Shown piece after piece: positions 11,746 to 24,543 of a stretch of DNA of 64,000 nucleotides. The DNA is from Octopus sinensis. Its lineage: Eukaryota. The notes under the pieces are model-generated. The model did not search any database, was not told the DNA's origin, and saw nothing but the letters and a program-made list of their open reading frames with translations. How positions within the stretch are numbered: position 1 is the stretch's first letter; each line of letters begins with the position of its first letter. The DNA is taken from assembly GCF_006345805.1 (NCBI RefSeq), contig NC_042997.1, positions 129,208,001 to 129,272,000 of the forward strand, in the 5' to 3' direction. Both the position numbers and the translations under genes were made by a program.

Positions 11746-11852
11746 TGAATCCTTCGCATCATGTTTTTATTTTGATCAATTTACTCCACCACCTACACCA
11801 CCAAATGGTATACACAGGTGCTTATAATTATCAAGTACTCACCCCGAATTTC

Positions 11853-11890
<38 letters not shown>

Positions 11891-13038
11891 TGTCAGAAGT
11901 AAATAGACACCCCATAAAACATTGTTTTATGTTTATTCTAACTTGTAATGGTTTATATTCTTTACTGTTTAACACTTTTATGTTTCTATATGTAACTGTT
12001 TAATCATGCCATGTACAAAAGAAGCCTTAGAACTGTCTGAATTTCAAGGAGACCATATTGTGGGTCATTCTGAAGGTGGATATAGTGTAAAATTGCAAAA
12101 AAACTTGCAATCCCACTTTCTGCAGTTAATAGAGTGACTGTGCAATTCACCAGAGAATGGAAAGAGTCCACTCACATTGACTAGGGCTCTCTGACAGGAC
12201 CCTTCTCTTTGTTAAGAGATGTGTGGAGGATAATCTTCATTGCAAGGCCTCTGACATAGCAGATCATATTGATGTCAGTCCCAGAACAGCTGTCAGATAT
12301 CTCCAAGCAGCAAGAAGGAAGCCACTTCTTTGACCAGTCAATATCAAACAGAGTAAAAATTGGATCAGTGAGATGGTGGAGAGGCCACTAGCATTTTGGG
12401 ACACTATCATATTCTCCAATGAATCCAGATTTGCTGTATTTTCTGACAGTGGTAGAGACTCTGTGATCAAGAATTTGACATGAAAAGGTTTCAGCCAACA
12501 ATGAAACATAACAGCTATTCTCTGGTGATCTGGGGAGCAATTTGGAGCAATGGTCAATCAAAGCTGGTGGAGTGTGAGGGAAACATAAACTCAGATAAAT
12601 ATATGTCAAGATTGCAGAAAGGACTCCTTGCAATCTTCTTCAGTGGTGAAATGATTAAAGAAGACTCCTTATTTATGGAAGATGGGGCTCCTTGTCACCC
12701 AAGATTTGTTGGATGAGAATGGCATTAAAAAGCTTCCATGGCTAAGCCAGATATGCACCCTATTGAACACCTCTGGAGCATAATGGACTGGACACTTCAG
12801 AAAAAGAATACGAAAGCGTCTTCAAAACCAGATCTTTTGAGATTACTACATGAAACTTGGAAAGAAATTCCATCATCTGATTAATAACATGCCTAATAGG
12901 GTCCTTGCATTGAAAAATGCAAGGGGCATGTTTACTAAATATTAAATATTCACATTATAACAATTAATAAATAATTTGAATGTATAATTTCAGATTTAAA
13001 TAAATTTTAACGATTATAAGGGCGTCTATTTATTGACA
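11891..13038 (+). mobile_element. Tc1-family DNA transposon, decayed
   Basis: Imperfect TIRs TGTCA..TAAATAGAC(A/G)CCC; frameshifted transposase with SNESRF, EDGAPCH and PDMHPIEHLW motifs. Confidence 0.85.
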
Positions 13039-13129
13039 TATTGTTAGTAAACCATAAATCCGAAGAAGAGCACTCTGAGTTATGGAGAAATTAGGATCTG
13101 ATGAGATATGTGTAAAGCTAAGCGCTTTC

Positions 13130-13560
13130 TGGATGTAAAACTATGGACATCGGTAGCCTGGACACCTTGGTGTGCAAGAAGCAGCAGGGTTGGTAGTTAG
13201 ACACAAAAATACGAAGGCATTTTCACAGACTTACAATGTCGCTCTCTGTCAGAATTCCAGCTCCACGGAGCTGGTCCAAGTTGTGTCCTGTCTGGTCAGA
13301 AACTGGGACCAAAGAGAAAGAATGGCGGTTAAGCCTAGCTGCTGCTGATAACTGCACATGTGCATAAGGGGCTTCTGGCAGGCCTTCCGGAGGGCTCTAA
13401 TCCCTGCACATGCATGAGTGAAAATCCCAAACTGGCATCTGGAACCAGGCGTCACTACAGATGGAATAAGAAAGGGAGGGAAAAGGAGTGTCAGGAGATT
13501 GAAGAAAGATTTAGTGTAATAAAGTCAGTGGAGAAGGTTGAGTAGGAAGGAGTACAGCCT
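13130..13560 (-). mobile_element. Old non-LTR retrotransposon 3' ORF remnant (clade uncertain)
   Basis: Degenerate reading frame (ORF 13249-13455) of LINE C-terminal character; no intact motif. Confidence 0.3.
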
Positions 13561-14081
13561 ACTTTATGCTATATATGGGTGGCCAGAGTGGTGTATGGGA
13601 GAAAAACAAGATGTTGATAAGAATCCAGAGTGTATTTTCAAGGTAATATATTTAAGAGAACCTAGTGACAAGGGAATCAAGGAAGAAGATAAAGGTTGTC
13701 AGGGTGTAATCCCCACCTCCTCAAGCATCATAATGATGGAAATGAAAATAATTTCTATGATCAATATAAATGGTTGTTGTTGACATCTAGCCTCACATCA
13801 GCCCTCACTGAACAAACCTATGATCCAATAATATCCAGATTTGAAAGTACCATCGTTTGTATATACTCTTTACTCTTTTACTCTTTTTCTTGTTTCAGTC
13901 ATTTGGCTGTGGCCATGCTGGAGCACCACCTTTAGTCGAGCAAATCGACCCCAGGACTTATTCTTTGTAAGCCTAGTACTTGTTCTATAGGGCTCTTTTG
14001 CTGAACCGCTAAGTTACGGGGACATAAACACACCAGCATTGGTTGTCAAGTGATGTTGGGGGAACAAACACAGACACACAA

Positions 14082-14134
<53 letters not shown>

Positions 14135-15271
14135 TACATATACATATATACGACAGGTTTCTTTCGGTTTCCGTCTACCAAATCCACTCACAAGGATTTG
14201 GTTGACCCAAGGCTATAGTAGAAGACACTTGCCCAAGGTGCCACGCAGTGGGACTGGACCCAGAACCATGTGATTGGTAAGCAAACTACTTACCACACAG
14301 CCACCCCTATGCCTATATGTATGTCAGGGATTACATTATCCAACTTATTGTCCTTTATTTTACTTGCTGTTGGATAATATTAAGTAGATTTGGCAGCTTT
14401 TCCTACAAATTCAAGTTACTGCATAAAGGCCTCCATATTAGTTCAACAGTATCAAAAGTTATACAAGATCCTAGTTATATAGGAATGTAACTTTCTCATT
14501 GAATGTTATTTAAACAAAGAGGTTCAAACCAAACAGTATCTATTTATCACTCCTACATACTTTGTCTGTCTTTTCAATCAATATCTCTACCCTGTGTCTA
14601 TCTATCTGTCTGTCTAAACAGTAGACACAATGTCATTATATCTAGCTAATATCTTTACATTGTAAGGCAGAAACATTAGCACACTGGGCAAAATATTTAG
14701 CAGTATTTTGTCTGTTTTTACATTTAGAGTTCAAGTTCCACCAAGGTCAACTTTGCCTTTTATTCTTTCAAGGTCGCTAGATTAAGTATCAGTTGTATAC
14801 TGACATCGATCTAATCAACTAGTCCCCTTCCCCAAAATTTCAGGCCTTGTGCCTAGAGTAGGAAAGAATATCTCTACATTGTGTGTATCCATCCAATAAT
14901 CATCTGAGCAGTTAATATCTATACACTATATCCATTTAACTAGTCAACACCTACATATCTAATTATCCAGCATTCTCTGAATAACCAAATATTCATAACA
15001 CACCATCTCTGATGAAGGACAATTATCCTAAAACAGATGAGTAAAAAGATTCTCAATTATTTTCGTGTTTAATTTAGTGAACAATAGGATGTTTTCACAT
15101 AAGTTCAATCTCCAAAATTGAGTTTTACAAATGAATACCTCTAGAGTTATCTACATTAAACGTGTTTCGGGATATTCTTAATTACACCATGTTCTTATAT
15201 ATATATATATATATATAGTGTAATTAAGAATATCCTGAAACACGTATAATGTAGATAATTCCTTTGAATAA

Positions 15272-15770
15272 TCATCATCATCATCTTAGTTTAACGTCCG
15301 CTTTCCATGCCAGCATGGGTTGAACGATTTTGACTGAGGGCTGGTGAACCAGATGGCTGCACCAGGCTCCAATCTTGATTTGGCAGTTTCTACAGCTGGA
15401 TGCCCTTCCTAATGCCAACCACTCCAAGAGTGTAGTGGGTGCTTTTTACATGCCACCAGCATGGGAGCCAGTCAGGCGGTACTGGCAATGACTTCGCTTG
15501 AATTTTTTTACACATGCACAGTAAAAGCCAGTTAGTTGCTCAGAAGCCAGTTAGCAGCTCAGGCAACAATCACGCTTGGATGGTGCTCTTGGTGCCCTAC
15601 TAACACAGGCACAAGTGCCAGTAAGGCAACGCTAGTAACAATCACACTTGAATGGTGCCTTTTATGTGCCACTGGCATGGAAGCCAGTTAGCCACTCTGT
15701 CAACGATCACACTCGTATGGTGCTCCTTGCACCCCGCTAGCATGGATGCCAGTCATCGAATTTGATTTTG
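15272..15770 (-). mobile_element. RTE 3'-UTR copy, (GAT)n-tailed (representative of about 17 such fragments: ~1640-1830, 17625-18320, 22400-22595, 26685-26940, 27830-27950, 34260-34610, 41195-41590, 42195-42840, 49845-50195, 54280-54555, 60620-60920)
   Basis: Shared core GGCGTTAGGAAGGGCATCCAGCTGTAGAA...CCATGCTAGCATGGAAAGCGGACGTTAAACGATGATG; continuous with the RTE ORF end in the longer copies. Confidence 0.85.
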
Positions 15771-16697
15771 ATATATATATATATATATATATAGACATGG
15801 CTGTGTGGTGAGAAATTTCCCCCCCAACTCCATGGTTCTGGGTTGTCTCATTGTGTAGCACTCAAAGCCTTGTTAGTAGAAAGAAAACACCCTCAAAAGT
15901 CTATTGGTTATATTGTCTCATATGAGTGGATACAACATAGAGCAGTGAAAACCTGTTTTTTTTTTCCAGAATACAAGGCAACCTCACTCGTGATTAGACT
16001 GTTTGGACTCAGAGGATCCTCTTTCCACTTTTAATAGCTTTACACCTACACAAGATACCAGGGGAGTTGACCCAGGCTCAAGTATTTATGTTATCTCACA
16101 TTTCTATTGTTAACCACTCCTCTGCATTTATACAAAGCAACCAGTGAAACATTAATATTATTATCATTAAGGCTAGAAATCATTATTCTCTCCTTTACAG
16201 ACACCTACACTGTATAATCATGCTCTATATATTATTGTATAACTTGAATAACCAGACAGATTTATATATGTTGATTTAACTGAGTGAGGTGTATATTTGT
16301 CAAATAAATATTTTATTTATTCGATATTTCTTTTTCTAAAGAGCAACAATTCACAGAAGTTAAATTCTTCTCCAAGTATGAAGCACTGTAACATCTTGAT
16401 AGATTTGATATTATTTATTAAACATAGCACAACATATTTATGTGTGTGTTTATGTATGTATGAATGTATGTATGCATGTATTATGTATGTATGTATGTAT
16501 ATATATATCTATCTATCTATCTATCATGTATGTATATATGCTTATACTCAAATAAGTATGTGTGTATGTAATATATATGTGTAATATTATGTATGTACAT
16601 GTGTGTGTGTGTGTTAATATATATATATATATATGTGTGTGTATGTATATATGTATGTGTGTTTGTGTGTAATATGTGTGTGTGTGTGTGTAATATA

Positions 16698-17450
16698 TTG
16701 GGTCATCCCATAAATAATGCAGTTTTTTTCAATTGCATGAACTAAACATCAGAATGGGGTGGGATAAACTACCTACATCAACTTGCTATAAAAGCAGGTA
16801 ATAATTTTACCTTCTTGTTATTCTTAGTGCAAGTTTTGAAGAATGTCGTTCGATTTAAAAGTTATTTTTTCAATGCTATAATGGAAGTGACTAAGGAGCA
16901 TATTCAACACATTTTGCTTTAGAAGTTCAACAAAAGCAACAATGCAACCGAAACTGTGAGGAATATTAATGCAGTATATGGGTATCAGACAATAAGTGTA
17001 AGCCAGTATCGATGGTGGTTCCAGAAATTCCAAGCTGGAGACTAGAGCCTAGAAGATGAGCCTCATCCTAGATCTGTAGAGCTCGATGAGGACATCCTGC
17101 AAACCCTGGTAGAACAAAATTTCATTGTAACTGTTGAGGATCTAGCGGAGAAGCTTGTATTTCATCATTCAACCATTCATTGACACCTGTGTGCCATCGG
17201 AAATGTGAGCAAATTGGGTCAAGAGGTTCCTCACAAACTTTCCAAGTTTAATTGCATGCGGAGAGTGCATGAACCTTTTTTGGACCAAATAGTGACTGGT
17301 GACAAGAAATGGGTTCTCTATAAAAATGTCAAGCACTAAAGGCAGTGAGTAGAGAAAGAAGAAACACTGGAACCCCAGGCTAAAGAAGGTCTTCACCCAA
17401 GTAAGGTGTTATCTGTTTGGTAGGATATAAAAGGTTTAGTCCACTTTCAA
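16698..17450 (+). mobile_element. mariner transposon, 5' part, decayed
   Basis: TA + TTGGGTCATCCCATAAATAATGC TIR; HTH-region remnant (EHIQHIL...FQKFQAGD.SLEDEP) and IVTGDKKWVLY first-Asp region. Confidence 0.85.
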
Positions 17451-19165
17451 CTTTCAGCTATAGTTGAACAACAAGTTGTATTACATTAATGATACAACAT
17501 GGAAATGCAAGTCAATACAAATCAAAAGTGAATATCTGAATTTTTGACTCAACCTGGTAAATTGCATGTATGTATGCTTGCATATGTGTGTGTATTTATA
17601 AGTATATATGTGCATGTATGTATATCATGATCATCATCATCATTTAACGTTCACTTTCCATGCTGGCATGGGTTGACTGAGTATTAGCAAGCCAGGAGGC
17701 TGCACCAGGCACCTATCTGATTTGGCAAGGTATCTACAGCTGGATGCCCTTCCTAACACCAACCACTCTGTGAGTGTAGTGGGTACATTTTATGTGCCAC
17801 TGGCATTAGGGCCAGTCAGGCAGCACTGGCATCGATCATGCTTGAATTGTGCTCTTTATTTGAATTGTACTCTTGAATTGTGCTCTTTCAACTAGCACAG
17901 AAACTAGTCAGGTAGCACTGACATAGACCACGGTTGAGTGATGCTTTTTACGTGTCACTGGCATTGGCATCTGCCTCATTCAAATGGTGCTTTTAAACGT
18001 GCTACCGACACAGGTGCCAGTCAAGCAGCACTAGCATCAGCCACGACTAGGATTTCACTTGACTATATATATAGTTATACACACACACATCATCATCATC
18101 ATCATCATCATCGTTTAACGTCCGTTTGCGCGCTAGCACGGGTTGGACGGTTTGACCGGGGTCTGGGGAGCTCGGGACTGCCCCAGGCTCCAGTCTAGTC
18201 TGGCAGCTACTGGATGCCCTTCTAACGCCAACCACTCCGCGAGTGTAGTGGTGTTTTTACGTGCCACCTGCACAGGTGCCAGAGGGGTCTGGCATCGCCA
18301 CGTTCGGATGGTGCTTTTATGTGGGGGGGGAATATAGGGGAGCACCATGGGGAGGGGTGGTTCAGAGAAATGATACGGTTTAGGCAAGTAGAACGTAGGA
18401 TATCAAGAGAGGGGTAATGCATGGTGAAATAGCGTATTGAAGAGGGGGGTTCAAGAGTAGACACCTATAATGGTGGTGGGAGAAGCGACATCCGGTATAG
18501 ATGGAGCAAAAATATAGAGATATCCGGTATTGGTGGTGGGGGTGGGCAAGGGCGGGTGCAATATGACGGGCTGGCTTAAAAATGCTCTTAGCAAGGAAGA
18601 GGGGGGATGGCAGACAACGTAAAAGAGGGAGAAGAAGGGAAATAGTGGAACCCCGCGAAAATGGGCCCCATTGAAAAAACCCTGTATGGAAATAATATGC
18701 AATACAAGCGAAGCTGAAAATAGTAACATATCATATATATACATACAAGATATGTAAACATTAATAACTATGAAAGACTGGTGGGAATATTATCTGTATG
18801 GACTTCAAGGGCTAGGTTTCTATTCAGTTAGATAATTTAGGAATTAGTTATAGGTTTACTTATAGAATTATTATTTTACCGATACTGTTTTTGTACATAG
18901 GATAAATGTGGTTTCTTTGTTGTACTTTAATTAATAATGCTAGTGCTTAATCCTTCCTAGAGTTAAGATTGAATAAATGTGGTGATATCAGAGGTATGTT
19001 TGTTCCCAAACAACACTTATTGCAGTGTTGTTGATACCACCGGATTGAATGGTACTGCCCAGGTGTTGAAACCATAGTGAAATCCATGGGGCAGCTGATG
19101 CAAGTATGTTAGGTTGGTATGGCTGTTATTATGTGTGTGGGATAGTTTTATAAGACATCCATTTG

Positions 19166-22100
19166 ATCATCATCATCATCGTTTAACGTCCGCTTTCCAT
19201 GCTAACATGGGTTGCACGGTTCAACTGGGGTCTGGGAAGCCCGAAGGCTGCACCAGGCCAGTCAGATCTGGCAGTGTTTCTACAGCTGACTTGATTTTTG
19301 ATTTTCACTTGCCTCAACAGGTCTTCACAAGTAGAGTTATGTGTCCCAAGAAGGAAGGTATGCACAAGTGGACTGACTACGTCCCAGGTAGGGGCCACAG
19401 GTTATGGCCTCACTTGTCCTGCTGGGTCTTCTCACGCACAGCATACTTCCAAAGGTTTCGGTCTCTGGTCATTTCCTCGGTGAAACCTAAAGAGCGAAGG
19501 TCATGCTTCACCACCTCGTCCCAGGTTTTCCTGGGTCTACCTCTTCCACAGGTTCCCTCAACCGCTAGGGTGTGGCACTTTTTCACACAACTATCTTCAT
19601 CCATTCTTACCACGTGTCCACACCAGCATAGCCGTCTCTCTTGCACACCACATCTGATGCTTCTTAGGTACAACTTTTCTCTCAAGGCACTTACACTCTG
19701 TCGGGTATGAACACTGACATTACACATCCATCGGAGCATACTGGCTTCATTTCTTGCAAGCTTACACATATCCTCAGCAGTCACGGCCCATGTTTCACTG
19801 CCATGTAGCATGGCTGTTTATACACATGCGTCATACAGTCTGCCTTTTACTCTGAGCGAGAGGCCTTTTGTCACCAACAGAGGTAAGATCTCTGAACTTT
19901 GCCCAGGCTATTCTTACTCTAGCAGTTACACTTTCAGCACACCCGCCCCCGCTACAGACTTGATCACCTAGGTAACGGAAACTATCAACTATTTCTAGTT
20001 TTTCTCCCTGAAATGTGGCGGAAGATGGTCTCTGCACATTTTCAGTGTTTATTGCACCAGAGTATCTGCCACATACAAAAACTATATTCCTAATTAGCCT
20101 TCCTTTGACATTGCTGCACCTCTAATGTGTCCATAGCTTACACTTGGTGCATCTTATAGAGTTCCTACCTACGCCTTTTCTACAGATCGAGCAGGGCCAT
20201 CTACCTGAAGGCGTTTGTGATTTGTCTACCTTCCTACTTATTAGGACTTTGGTTTTAGCTAGGTTGACTCTAAGGCCCTTCGATTCTAATCCTTGCTTCC
20301 ACGTCTGAAACTTCTCCTCTAGTTCTGATAGTGACTCAGCAATTAGAGCAAGGTCATCAGCATAGAGGAGCTCCCAGAGGCATCCCGTCTTGAATTCCTC
20401 CATTATTGCCTGGAGGACTATGATAAATAGGAGGGGGCTGAGGACTGAGCCTTGGTGGACCCCAACCTCTACCCGGAATTCTTCACTGTACTCGTTGCCA
20501 ACCCTCACCTTACTAACAGTATCCCTGTAGATGGCACGCACAGCTCTCACTAACCATTCATCTATCCCTAGTTTCATCATTGACTACCAGATTAGGGATC
20601 GGGGGACCCTGTCAAAGGCTTTCTCCAAATCAACGAAAGCCAGGTACAGAGATTTATCTTTGACTGGGTATTTCTCCTGCAGCTGTCTCACCAGAAATAT
20701 GGCATCGCTGGTGCTTTTCCCTGGCACGAAACCAAACTGCATCTCATCCAGGTTGACTCTCTCCCTAATCAGTTGGGCTATGACCCTTTCTGTAACCTTC
20801 ATTACCTGATCCAACAGCTTGATACCTCTGTAATTACTTGTATCTAGGGCGTCACCTTTACCTTTGTAGCAGTTGACTATTATGCTACTACACCAGTCAT
20901 TGGGTATGACTCCTTCGTGTATCACCTGGTTAACTATACAGGTGACTAGGCTATAGCCAACACTTCCAGATATTTTGAGCATCTCAGCAGTAATTCCTGA
21001 TGGGCCTGGGGCTTTCCCTGTCTTCATGCTTCTAATTGCCTTAACTACCATGGAACTGTCAACTCGGATAGCTGGTCCCTCTATTGGGTCGACATTCAGC
21101 AGACTCTCTTTATCCCATTCATTCTCTTTATTGAGCAACCTTTCATAGTGGCATATTCAAACCTCTCTCTTTGCATCCTCATTTAGCGCAAGTGAACCAT
21201 CATCCATGCGAACACATTTCTCTCCTACTACATCACGATTCTCTCTCACACACTGTCTTGCAGCACGAAATACCTCAAGTCTTTGGTCCTCACGGCGCAG
21301 AACATTGGCAAATTTTTTCTTATCTGCTGCCCCTCTGGCTAAATAAACCTGTCTCCTAACTTCTCTTTTCGCAGTCTGATACAATTCCCTACTACCGCCA
21401 TTCTTCCAGTCCTTCCAAGCCTGTCTCTTGTCTCTAATAGCCCTGTCTACAACATTGTTCCACCACCATGTTACCCTGGGACGAGATGGGACTTTGCTCC
21501 ACCTGCGGATCTGGTCAGTGGCTCTCAGCAGATTGTCCCGTAGAAACCTCCAGTTGGCTTCCACATTATGTGATGCTATGTCCCCTTCTATTTCGTCGAA
21601 AGCTTCGAGTAGGACTTCTCTAAATTTCCGTCCATTTGCAGGATCTTTAAGTTTCCAGACCCTTCTCCTCTGAGCTGGTCTTCTTCTGGCCCTTATCCTG
21701 AAGTCGCTAACTACTAATCTATATTGAGGAGTATATTCCTCGCCTGGGAAGGTTTTGGCATTTATAAGCAGCCCTCTTTCCCTCTTTCTGGCAAGGGTGT
21801 AGTCGATCTGGCTAGTGTGTCTGCCAGAACGGTAGGTGACTAGGTGAGAGGTGGGTTTCCTGAAGTTGGTATTGCAAATCATAAGGTCATTTGCATCGCA
21901 GAACTCCAGCAGCCTGGTTCCCTCCTCATTGCAAGAACCAAAACCGTAGCTTCCGTGTATGCAATGGAAGCCCCTGACATGCCGTCCAACATGTCCATTG
22001 AAGTCACCTGCCACGAAGAGAAGGTCACTGTCATTTGTCAACGAGGTAGTCTGTAATAGGGTGTCATAGAATCGGTCTTTCTGTCCTTCAGGTAGCCCCG

Positions 22101-22370
22101 GCTGAGGGGCATATGCCGAGATAATGGTAGCTGACCTATGATGAAGCACTAATCTAATCTTAAGTATTCTGTCACATACTCTGACTACCTCGAATACCTT
22201 ATCAACCCATTTCTCTGCAAGAAGTATACCCACGCCCCCGACCCCGTCAGTGTTCCCTGCCCAGAAAATCTTGTACCTGTGTTCTTTGCCTGTGAGGAAC
22301 CTAGCGGAACCTCCTCTCCACCTTACTTCTTGGATGCAGCACAAATCCAAACGTCTCCGTTCATATTGAT
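19166..22370 (-). mobile_element. RTE-clade LINE, near full ORF (AP endonuclease + RT + Cys/His finger), broken by several frameshifts/stops
   Basis: ORF pieces 21157-22437, 20584-21138, 20122-20580, 19831-20037, 19410-19811: [82 protein letters not shown]; 3' UTR ends in (GAT)n. Confidence 0.95.
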
Positions 22371-23864
22371 ATATATATATATTTTCTCTTTTTATATATA
22401 TATATTTTACGTGCCAGTGGCATGTAAAAGTACCCACTACATTCTCAGAGTGGTTGGCGTTAGGAAGGGCATCCAGCTGTAGAACTCTGCCACATCAGAT
22501 TGGAGCCTGGTGCAGCCATCTGGTTTGCCAGTCCTCAGTCAAATCGTCTAACCCATGGTAGCATGGAAAGCGGATGTTAAGTGATGATGATGATGTATGT
22601 GTGTGTGTGTGTATGCATGTGTGAAGGCATGTGACTCAATGGTTAGAGTATTTGGCTCATGATCATAATGTTGTGATTTCAATTCCTTGAGGCACATTGT
22701 GTCCTCAAGCAAGACATTTTATTTCACTTTGCTGGCAAAAGTGAGCTGTACCTGTAATTTGAAGGGACAGTCTTGTCACATTCTGTGTCATGCTAAATCT
22801 CCCTGAAAATTACATTAAGGGTACACATGTCTGTAGAGTGCTTGACCACATGCACCTTGATTTTTGTTAATTAGATGCTTTCTGTTAATTAGATCAACTG
22901 GAACACTCATCATCATAACCAATAGAGTTCCAATGATTTATATATATATATATAAATCATTATTATTATCATTATTTAATGTCCACTTTCCATGCTAGCA
23001 TGGGCTGGACAGTTTGACAGGGAACCGGTGAAGTGCAAAACTGCATCAGGCTCTAGTATCCTCTTTGGATCTTTACAGAGTGTACTGGGTGCTCTTTTTA
23101 TGTGCCACTGGCTCTAGTAAGGTTGCTATGAAACTTGCAAGATATAAAAGAACAGACAAAGAAAAGGGAAAAGACTCCCGCAACTAAGAGGATGTATTTG
23201 AGAAGGGAAGGTGGGGGTGGGTAGCTGTATGCTAAATGTTTTGAAAGGCTAAAGTATGACAGAAGGACCAAGTCAGTAGCAAGAAGAGTGGGGGGGGATG
23301 CACCAAGAGCATAGCTACTAGAATAAGAATAGGCTTGGCAAAGTTCAGAGAGATACTACTTCTGCTAGTAACAAACGGCCTCTCTCTCAGAGTGAAATGC
23401 AGACTGTATGATGCAGACATACATGCATACATCCAAACAAAAGTACCCTGTTGTTGGTGTAGAAATTCCAATGAAGGAGCCTTGGATCTAAGTCAGAAAC
23501 CGGTCCTTTCTCTATTGGCAACAAATCTTTAAATAAACTGAATAATGACATACATACACTGGATAAAGCTCAAACTATAATATAAAGGAAAAAGTTTTGT
23601 ACCAATATTTATCACTAAATTAGAGGTGTGACTTATACATAAGAAAACACGGTCAATCATTCCTATCAGAGAACTCCAAAACTTTTGATAAATAGTGAAA
23701 GTTAATATTAAAATAAATATAGCCATTGATTTGTCCCGTATCTAAAAATTGAAGTGTCATTCAATCCAAGAACTTAGAAGCAGAAGAATGAGTACTGACA
23801 ATCGTAGGTTAAATGTAGATTATTTCTAGTAAATGTCGGTTAGTCATTTAACTGGGTGTCAAAG

Positions 23865-24279
23865 TTCCGGGGTTAGCTAAAAATGATTGACAAAATTATT
23901 AATCTCTTTTAAAAGAAAGACTTTAAATAAAAAGTTAATGGTCTATGGGAAGTAACTCATAAAAAAAGCTTACAATTTTTATCTCCCCTTAGTTAAAGTT
24001 GCAAGTATGACTACACACACACATTTAGTTATAATTTTAAACATGTTATAGAGCGTCATTCAAATGGTTGTTGTGACGTCATCAGAAGCTGTGTATTAGA
24101 CATCTCTGAACTACGCACGTGTTAAAGATGTCAACATAGGTTGAGTTAATTATCTTTTTGTTTTAATTTTTAATTAATTCCCATTTCTATTGATACATTT
24201 CCATATAATTAATTTTAGTAATGTTTCTCTTGTAGTATTCTATATTTGTGACTATTTCTTCCCCTTCAAATGCTTCCGG
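23865..24279. promoter_or_regulatory. Candidate promoter-like motif cluster upstream of POP4
   Basis: TTCCGG 23865-70, TGACGTCA 24074-81, CACGTG 24116-21, CTTCCGG 24273-79 in non-repetitive sequence. Confidence 0.25.
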
Positions 24280-24543
24280 ACTAACTCAGAAAACAGTGTT
24301 TTTTTCAATTGCAACAACATTTAGGTATTTTTATAGCATTAACAGAATTAACTATTCACAGCACAACACTAACACTGACATCTGCTCCTACATTAGCAGC
24401 AACAACACTTTATACTAACATTAACACGTACAATGCCTTGTTCACACTTGTGTTAGGTACTTTTGGCAATGTTTCGATAGCCGTATATGAGAGAATCTGA
24501 CCAAATACCAAGACAGTGTCCGTTGCTGTACAGGTTCTATATA

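Larger units (their letters stand above)
10750..11781. repeat. 455-bp inverted repeat (10750-11204 / 11327-11781; 122-bp spacer), head-to-head Penelope-like pLTRs
   Basis: Arms are reverse complements with no indel and one mismatch found (10802/11729); each arm carries a hammerhead motif near its outer (3') end. Confidence 0.9.

Noticed and set aside
10769-11762. Duplicated 83-aa and ~115-137-aa ORFs on opposite strands as genes
   Set aside because: They are by-products of the inverted repeat; low-complexity, no splice structure or recognisable domain
24040-24090. Minus-strand CTGATGA with a CGTCA/TGACG stem as a hammerhead
   Set aside because: No GAAA or stem I follows
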